From assembly GCF_009914755.1 (NCBI RefSeq), contig NC_060934.1: a DNA stretch of 64,000 nucleotides; one strand, written 5' to 3'. Shown piece after piece: positions 53,139 through 64,000 of this stretch. A model generated the notes under the pieces. That model was not told where the DNA came from, ran no database searches, and worked only from the letters and a program-made list of their open reading frames with translations. Numbering within the stretch: the stretch's first letter is position 1; each line of letters starts with the position of its first letter. Both the position numbers and the translations under genes were made by a program. Source of the DNA: the human T2T-CHM13v2.0 reference genome, Homo sapiens.

Positions 53139-53969
53139 TAAATATAATTTCATATTGGGTAAAACAAAAGGTTTTCCTTAACTTGTTTAGAATTGTTTAG
53201 GAAAATACTAGTTAGGAATCTGATTTTTTTTCTCCCCCATGGATTTGTGGTTAGCATGTTTGTACTCTAATATTCATGCTACATTTTCATGTTTACCAAT
53301 ATAAAAACCTTTTTTGTAATTATTTATATGGAGTCCTGCTTTGAGTTAACATCATAGAGGAACGCTTTTTTTCAGCAAAATTGTTTTAAATTAATGTTTC
53401 TAAAGTGTATAAAAATGGTTGGGTGGATTAAAAGCAATTCAGTTTCACATGAACCATTTGTCCACATGGAAATAAATATGCAGCACAATTACACGGCAGA
53501 AGGTACGAAAAGGTGTTGCTGAAATCATGAGAAAATGTAATACAGGCGGACGTCAGTCTCCACAATAAATTTGCATATGTCCTTTTTTGGGGGCAAATAC
53601 AGTCATCATTTTAAATGAAGTCGAAGAGTTATTTCTGTAAACAAAACAAAAGTCCTCCTTGTCATACTAGACAGCAAGGAAGCAAAAATTGTTAGGGTCA
53701 TGTCAAAAAGACTCAGGAGTCAATTTGAAGAGGTTCTGACCAGACAATAAATATAATAATAAAGATAAAAAATTGCAATTTATTGCAACTTGTCAAATGT
53801 TTAAATTCACAAGTTCATAATGATACTAAAAAACAAACTGATTTAGAGGATAATAGGAACCAGTTTATTTTCTTGAAAGCTGCAAAAATTGCAATTAAAA
53901 CATTTATCCTGCCTTTCTTACATAAACTGTACAGTGAAGTAATCAAGTAGTAAAGGAGGGGAAACATCA

Positions 53970-54272
53970 TTTTATTTTTTAAATTTTTAAAAATTTTTTG
54001 AGACAGGGTCTTGCTCTATCACCCAGGCTGTAGTGCAGTGGTGCGATCTCAGCTTACTGCAGCCTCACCTCCTAGACTCAAGAGATCCTCCCACCTCAGC
54101 CTCCTGAGTAACTGGGACTTCAGGTAAACACCACCATGCCCAGCTGATTTTTTCATTTTCTGTAGTCTCTTTATGTTGTCCAGGCTGGTCTTGAACTCCT
54201 GCGCTCAAGCGATCCATCTGCCTTGGCTTCCCAACGTGATAGGATTACAGGCATGAGCCACTGCACCTGGCC
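53970..54272 (-). mobile_element. AluJ-like element, antisense
   Basis: acagggtcttgctct...gatcctcccacctcagcc...ctgcacctggcc. Confidence 0.9.
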
Positions 54273-54287
54273 AGAAACATCTTTTTA

Positions 54288-55260
<973 letters not shown>

Positions 55261-57253
55261 ATTTTTGTTTTTTAGAAAGCAATCATCTTAAAATGGGAGG
55301 TGACATCCTATGGTATCTTAGTGCTTGGGTTTTTGTAACTCTTGAAACTGAAAACTTACTCGATTTATTGGTGGCATCCTACTAGTCATGTTTTAAAGAG
55401 AGACACAGTTTTCACCTTGACTGCTTGAAAATGAAAACTTGAGTGCACAAGTATTTAGTGTACGGGCATCAACTCCATGTCAGCCTTTGCAGAGCCATTT
55501 TTATGTGAAGGAAATGTACTGAAATTTACTTGAATCAAATCCTCTGAAGTGTTGAGTCTAGTTCATTAGAGAACAGCATTCCTGTAAATTTCACTTTCAC
55601 TCTTAAACTTAGAAAAACATAATTGAAGGGTTGTGCGTTAACAGAATGAGGATGAAATGGAGGATTCGGACAAGGAATGGTGATGCAGAGTGAGGATGGA
55701 GTACAGAGAAAATATTTAACTGTGAGCCCGAGGAGAGAAAGAAGAGACACTGCAGCATGAGAACTGTTTTCCCATTTTTCTTTTTTTGTGGGAAGAACAG
55801 CACCAGCAGACACTGTAAGATGTGTACAGGAAAATTGCTCTTTCCTCCTCCTAGGTTGCTGAGCAGTTCTAAAATTTGTGGTAGATCTTTAGGCACTAGA
55901 AACAGAACTTAGAGAAAAGATGTTAAAAGTTAGATTTTTAAGAAAGGGAAGAAAAAGGCTACGATGACTTAAAATGTCCTGAAATGAGGCTCTGCTATTT
56001 ATCAGAAAAACAGGCTTCCTTCTTCTTAAGAAGGTGATTGTCTGTTCATAGACTAGGAGTCCTGCCCTGGGGTTCACCCAGCGTTGGAGCTTTTCTCCAT
56101 GAAGTTAAGGACATTAATAAGATTTTTCTCTACCAAAGCAGAAGATGCTCTGAAGACAGCCTTTCATCCCTGTAGCTTTTGAGTTGCATCCAGTTAAAAA
56201 CTTGTAGAACATAATGAATGTTTTTAGAGAGGAAATAAAATGAATGATGCCCGTGAATTTGTTTTAAACATTGTTTATTTTACCTAATAATTTATATAAA
56301 TCTTCCTTGAAGAGGAAGAGAAATTACCAGATTTAATTAATAATTGGAAGCTTTTTAGAGGATTTACTTTGAAATACCTCCCTGCCAATTTTTCATAAAT
56401 TAAGCATAAACTTTCTTTGACCTCATCACACATAATTAAATAGCTGTGGAAGGGTTAAAACCAACTAAAAAGCAATTCTGTATCTCAATCTCCATTCTCC
56501 TGCAAAACTTATACAGGAAGTTTGTTTCAGTTCTCAAGCAGGGTAATTACAAGAGACAGTTACATAATTTACACTTCCAATCTACTTGTCTATAATCACA
56601 CACTTCTACCTAGTTGTATATACCCCCATGAGTATGTGTGTTGTACTTTGATTTGTAAATGATGATTGCAGTGTGATTGATTCCTTGCAATGTAGCATAT
56701 TGAATTCATTTTTTAAAAATGAACTTTAGCTGTTAACATGTCTATTTGAGTTCCTGTTATTTACGTAGTTTGTGGTTCTTGTGTTCAGCAGTTGCATACC
56801 AGCTAACAAATTAAACTCCCAGAGCTTTTTTTCTCATTAAATTTGGAAAATAGAGTGTCTGTATACAACCTAAATAGAAAAGTACCTAGTACCTAGTAGG
56901 CACTCAACTGTTGGACATAGCACAAAACCATTTCAAGCCTTTGCAGGTGGAATGGAGATTCTTTGATTAACATAATATAAAGTCTCATGGGGATAATATT
57001 AGTATATTGTGGTGAAGCTCTGCTAATATTAATGTATTGTTACTGAAGTCTAAAATTTAGCCAAACAGTGGACAGAATAGCGGTTCATTCCAGGGGCTTA
57101 GAGAAATGTGTCATCTACAACCTAAGAGGTAGTCATTGCTGTCTTTAATGCTGCTGGTGACGATACTGCATATGTGTTTGTTTTTCTAACAGCTAACATC
57201 TACTGTAGCCAGTTTGGACTTTAAGATTCCCTAAGATTAAAGGCTAAGTCCCT

Positions 57254-57542
<289 letters not shown>

Positions 57543-59436
57543 GCTAAGTCCCTACATGACACCAAGTCCATGGGCAAACCAGCCAGTCACTTGTCTGGCC
57601 CCCCTCCCACCCTAGCTCCGCTACCCAGGGTGCCTTTGTGCTGCACAGCTTCAGAGGGGGCTCAGCAATAACCCTGGGGGGACACAACCATTGATCTCCA
57701 GAGGCTTCTTACCTCAAATCACGTTTCAAAGCATTTGGGAGATAAATAAAAAATAAGCGAAAAGAAAAGTAGACCAGTGGAGTGGGATTGTTTGTCTAGA
57801 TAACCTGAGGACAACTAGCGACAGTTTCTCTTACATTTCCAACAGTGGTTGATCAGTCAGATTAGGTGATGGGCTGTACTTTGATTTTAGAAAGTTATCT
57901 CCAAAACTGACAGATTCCTTTTTGAAATGTACTTTGTTTGAAAACAAAGAAAATTTCTAAGGAGATTTGTATTCTCATTTTTTCTTTCTTCAATCTTGCT
58001 GTGTATTTTTGTTTGCTGTGTGAAAGCTCATCATCCAGAATTGGAATTACAACATACTTTGTCCTATTTTTAAAAATTACAGCTGGTACATACACACAAC
58101 ACTCCCTTCCACATATACACACAGCATTTTAGGGGGCTTGTAGGAGAGCAAATGGAAAGGCAAGTTGCTATTCCAACCATCCTGTCTCCCAAACCTGGTT
58201 CTGAAATCAGTGGTACTGCCATGATTATGTAAATAGCACCCCTCTCCCACCCTCCACCATCGGTCTGTGGGGTTGGACCAGACCAGATGACTAGATATTA
58301 GAATGAAGTGTCTCAGCTGCCTCAGTAGAACCTCAGACCTATAAAAGTAGGCAAAAGAAGTCTCAGTTTTTGCATTTAGTGATTTAGTTAAGGAAAATGT
58401 TCAATCGCAGTGTTTTCGCAGCAGGAGAACAATCTTAAAGGTAAAGCATTTTAAGTGCATGCAGTCATTTGTTTGGCGCAGATGCTTTATTTAAAGTGTA
58501 TATGTGTTCGATTAAGTTTGCCATCTTAAAGCCTTTCAGTGGTAAGTTCTTGTTACCAGAATTTTGTAACTTAGACATGAAAATTTTATCCAAGTTTCAA
58601 CTTGGGGAGCAAGCCTAGGGGGAGCCAGGTATTTAAAATGCTTTCTTTTAGTGAAAACTGAAGAATTAAGTTGTCTTCTATTTCAATTGTGTTATTTTCT
58701 ATTTCAAAAACTATTTCTTTTTTTAATGAATCTCTAATGTAGACTTTTGCCTATTTATAAGAGAGGAAATAATTTTAAAATGCCAAATTACTTCATCTTT
58801 AAATTTTTAAAAATAAATGTGTTTTTCCTAAAATATCCTAGAATTTAAAAGTGGTTTGAACTGTGGAAAACTTAAAAGGTCAAAGAGGAAGACCTTCCTC
58901 TGCATGCCTTTCTAATTTCTGTCATGCTGAAGGCCATAGCACTGGGGCTTTCTCATTACCTAACTGAAAGTGCCTCTGGGTCACAAATCAGAGCATTAAC
59001 TTAGTTTGGTGATAGGCAGTGGGCTTCGTGAACAATTTGGTTACTTCAACAATTTGGTAAGCTATTCTTACATCAACATATTTTTAAAAATTCTTGCCTT
59101 CCCCAATTTTAGTTTGGGCATAAATGATACTGACAGAGTATAACATCTCTCATTCCATGATCATTTTATCTGTGTGGCAGGTGCCTCATTTTCCTAACAA
59201 GGAAATTGAAGGATGAATCTATATCATAGTCAGTCACCTTATTAAAAAATTTTTATTCTTCTAATCCACTAGACCAGGAACTCGGTTGTGGTGACACACC
59301 ATACACTCACAAATACTCCTCAGTTGAATGTTTAATGAAATGAAACTCTGTGAAGTGTATCACACAGTTGTTTACGGAGTGGCCATCCTCCCCTGCGTCA
59401 GTTCAGAGATTTGCCTGCTGCTGGGATTTCTCATTA

Positions 59437-60024
<588 letters not shown>

Positions 60025-61179
60025 TCAGGTATAAATGCCATCTCACACAGATGTCTCTGGCCCTCAGGCTGCTTCCATGTGGCACGTGCTATCCTGGCAC
60101 CTCCGGCTCAGGAGCACATCCACAGAGGTCTACGCTTCTCAACACAGGGGCGGTGCAGAGGGAGGGAAGTCCCCTTTCGTGCTGCCTGATGCCCTACTTG
60201 TGAGTTCATTTTCTTTCTGAGCACCTGTACCTTTCCCTGGGGGACTGACATGCAGAATGACCAACCCCGCAAGGGAGTCCACACCTACCCACAGAACCAT
60301 GGAACCATCTGGTAAATCCCAGCATGGTCAGTCAGCTCAGAGACACAGGCACACCACACGGCATCGGGGAGTCACACTCCTGCCATACATCTTCCACTGT
60401 GGGAGTTGAAGGAAGACCATTCCACTCTGGAATGGACTTGAAAGGATGGGGACATTCAGTAAGAAAAATCAGTGGCCCTTTGGGGAAGAGCTCAGCAGTG
60501 GAGGTCTGCTGAGGAACTTGTGGGATCCCAGAGAAGAGAGATCTAAGAGTGGGGCTTAGAGTAACAGGCTGGTATGTGACCCAGGGCAGCCAGCCTCCTT
60601 CCCCAAAGACATGCTGTGTCCATGCTCAGGGTTTCACTGGGTCAGGCCATTTTCCCAGAGACACACTTGAGTCTTGTTGAATATTTGAGTCTTTCATCTG
60701 TCTTGGGACTGTCCCTGGGCTCTGCTGAAGCCCTAAGCAGTCATTGTTTCTGTGGTTGGATGGGCTAGCCATTTCCTAAGGGTAGTCCTTGAAGTTAAGG
60801 ACTAAGGGGCCAAAGGGAATTTGGGGGCACAGAACTGTGTTTGCTGGGAACTTTGTTGCCATTTCTTAAGACCACTCCTGAGGCAGAATTTTTTTTCATA
60901 GCCTCTTTCTTTAATTCAATTGATATCTGGGTGGTTAGCTGGGGGGAGGGGAGAGGAAGGAAGGGTGGGATGAGAGGAGAGCTTCTGTCTGAGTTCATGG
61001 AATGGTTTTTAGGTTCCTCAGGCAAAAGTAGGAAAACAAAGTTAGCTTTTCTCAATCTGATTCTATAGAGCAGTCTGTCTCTGTTGTTTCCCTTCTGTCC
61101 AAATTTTATTTCTTTCCCCTACCTTAAGGATGTTTAGTTACCCAAATGATCACCTTGAGACTTGATTCATTCAGTATGT

Positions 61180-61430
61180 TGAATAATAATCATAGCTAAC
61201 ACTTATTAGGATTACTGTGATGCGTCAAGCACTGTTCTGCATGTTTCATATTAACTCAATCCTTACCAGAACTGTAACAGTTAGGTACAGTTATTATTCA
61301 CATCTTATGGATGAGGGATCTGAAGCACAGAGAGGTTAAATAAAATCCCTGAGGTCACACAGCTGGTACATGGTGGACCCCAGATTCCATTCTGGGTAGT
61401 CTGGCTCCAGAGCCCATGCTTTCCACCCAC
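61180..61430. mobile_element. MIR, fairly complete
   Basis: aataatcatagctaacacttatt...gcacagagaggttaaataa...gaggtcacacagctggt...tctggctccagagcccatgct. Confidence 0.8.
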
Positions 61431-61539
61431 CCATAGAGCCTCTCACGATCTGTCGTATTGTATGCAATATATGACATATTGTTTTAAAATACGGGTGCCC
61501 TGTTACCCAGCTTTAAAAAACTCATCTTTGTTTAGTGCA

Positions 61540-62148
<609 letters not shown>

Positions 62149-62159
62149 TTTAAAGTATA

Positions 62160-62300
62160 AACCATTGCTATTCAAGTGTGGTCCATGGCACAGGAAGTTG
62201 TTAGAGGTGCAGAATCTCAAGCCCCACCCCTGACCTACTGAACCGGAGTCCATGCTGTTAACCAGAACTAGTTTGTCTGCACAATGGAAGTTGAGAAGCA
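62160..62300. mobile_element. MER5A-like MITE fragment
   Basis: ttgttagaggtgcagaatctcaagccccacccctgacctactgaac. Confidence 0.7.
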
Positions 62301-62507
62301 GAGGTGTAGAACATCTGCACGAAGCGATTTGGCAACTCAGTGACCTCTAGCCAAATTTCAGTCTGGTGGGGCTTTGGCGAGTCCATTCTCCAATTATCTT
62401 GCATCCAAGGAGCTGAGTGAGGTCTTACCTATTTGAGATTCTTCAGTCCTACTGTCTCTTAAGTGGCCACACCCTCATCAAAGCCAGCAGCTTCAGAGCA
62501 GGGTTCT

Positions 62508-62690
62508 AGTGGTGGTTTTCAAACTCGGGTACATCAGAATCACCTGGGGGACTTCTGAAAGCACAGATGCTGGGCTCTGCCTCTCCCCACCAAAGATCCT
62601 GATTCAGCAGGTCTGAGATAGGTTCTGAGAATTTAAAGTTCTAGCAAGTTCTCAGGTGATGTTGATGCCACAGGTCTCCACACTGAGATC
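62508..62690. mobile_element. MER5A-like MITE, opposite orientation to the previous copy
   Basis: catcagaatcacctgggg...cagatgctgggc...ctgattcagcaggtctg...ctagcaagttctcaggtgat. Confidence 0.72.
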
Positions 62691-64000
62691 TTGATAAACA
62701 GCATTTATTCAAGTTCTTATATAATTATGTCATGCCCATAGGACTTATGGGAGAGAGGTCTTAAACTTGTTTCAACACCAATCTCTTAAAAGTAAAATAT
62801 ATGAAAAATTCAAAATTTCCGTCTTTGCCAAGGAGGCACCTGTATCTTTTAATAAGTGGAAAGCAGTAAGATATCAGGCAGGTCACAGGTCATTTAGAGC
62901 ACGGCTGTTCTCTTAAAATGATGTGAGAACTAAGGTTCAGCATCCTTCTGCACTAATTGCAAAATCACCACAAAATTTAAACGAGGAGATATAAATAGCC
63001 TGTCAAGTTCATTTGTCATTATTTAAACTGATAACATGCCATTCATCCAGTTGGTCAGTGCTGCTCTGCACCAGAAACCAGGAACAGATGAGCGTACAAA
63101 CCAGTGAATTGCCATCTCCAAGCATGAGATAACTTGGTTAGAGTCATCAGATTTCCTGTGCTCAAAAGCTGCCATAAATCCCTGGCCTCGTGTCTGTTCC
63201 CAGGCTTGCAAACCCAGTGCCGTCGACTGATACAGACCTTTCAGCAGGATTTGCTGAGCTAAACAGGTGTCTGATGAAAAGTGTGTAATCCTCAAAGATT
63301 ATCATCCCCTAAAAGCAGCTGGTGACCCCAAACTCACATAATCCAGAGAGATGGAAGTTGGGAGTGAGTAGCTTGCCAAAGTTTACACTTTGGTGTTTGA
63401 GGAGGTTCATATGGTTTGGTTTGGTTCCAGGTAGTGGAAGATGGAGGTGTGCAGGGGTGAGGGTGTCTGCCCCTGTCGGGGGAGATCCCTGTCCCTATCC
63501 ATGCCCTTGCCTGAGAACATTATTCTACTATGGTCCATTTACACTCTTGAATACTCCTAGTTTAAAGGGAAGGAATTTTCATTTTCAATGAGCGTTAACA
63601 TTACAGTTATTATGCTGGGAATTAAATTTAATTTGGGAATTTGGGTCTGCAAAAACATATCTTGACCTTGTCTAGATAGTTCCTTCCTTATCCTAATAGA
63701 TCTGTCTACATGAGATAACTCTCTACCACTTTTATTTTCTCCCACTGGGAGAGAGTTAACCATTTCAAACTCAGGGCTAGTTAACATGAGATTTGATTCT
63801 TTTACTGCAAGTAGTTAAGCCTTAACAGAGGTGAGGCACACTCGGGTTCCATGCAGTACAGCTTAGAAATGCTTACTTTTTATAGACAGAAATCACATTG
63901 TTCTTCCTTTCCCTTTAAGCAGACATCTTGACAATCCTTTGAATTGATTATGTGGCCTGTATACTGAAAGTCAGATGTCACCTTCCCCAGGATAAGTACT

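Overview
Primate (sequence reads as human) genomic DNA from the middle of the KAT6B (MORF/MYST4/Querkopf) lysine acetyltransferase gene, transcribed on the + strand. I traced ten GT-AG coding exons by hand (exons 4-13 in conventional numbering; 2,008 nt; all splice phases join into one open frame). They encode the double PHD finger, the alternatively spliced Ser/Thr/basic exon 8 region, and the N-terminal part of the MYST HAT domain (C2HC zinc finger, autoacetylation loop FLDHK, acetyl-CoA motif QRQGFG). The window starts in intron 3 and ends inside the long intron 13. The rest is intronic and transposon-rich: about 27 Alu/FLAM copies, L1, L2, MIR, MLT1, Tigger/MER2/MER47, hAT-Charlie MITEs, a MADE1 hairpin and a 5'-truncated 7SL retrocopy. 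There is no prokaryotic system, CRISPR array or intact RNA gene, and almost all listed ORFs are Alu- or chance-derived. The most interesting signals cluster around exon 8, inside a 12.5-kb Alu-free zone. Three in-frame donors give 0, 1 or 2 copies of a repeated K-x-L-x-D-G-L-x-x-x-[FY]-T motif. There is also a candidate 12-nt UGC-preceded microexon just upstream and a candidate NMD-inducing poison exon just downstream. The candidate exons are hypotheses from splice-signal reading only, and repeat family names come from recalled consensus sequences rather than a RepeatMasker run.
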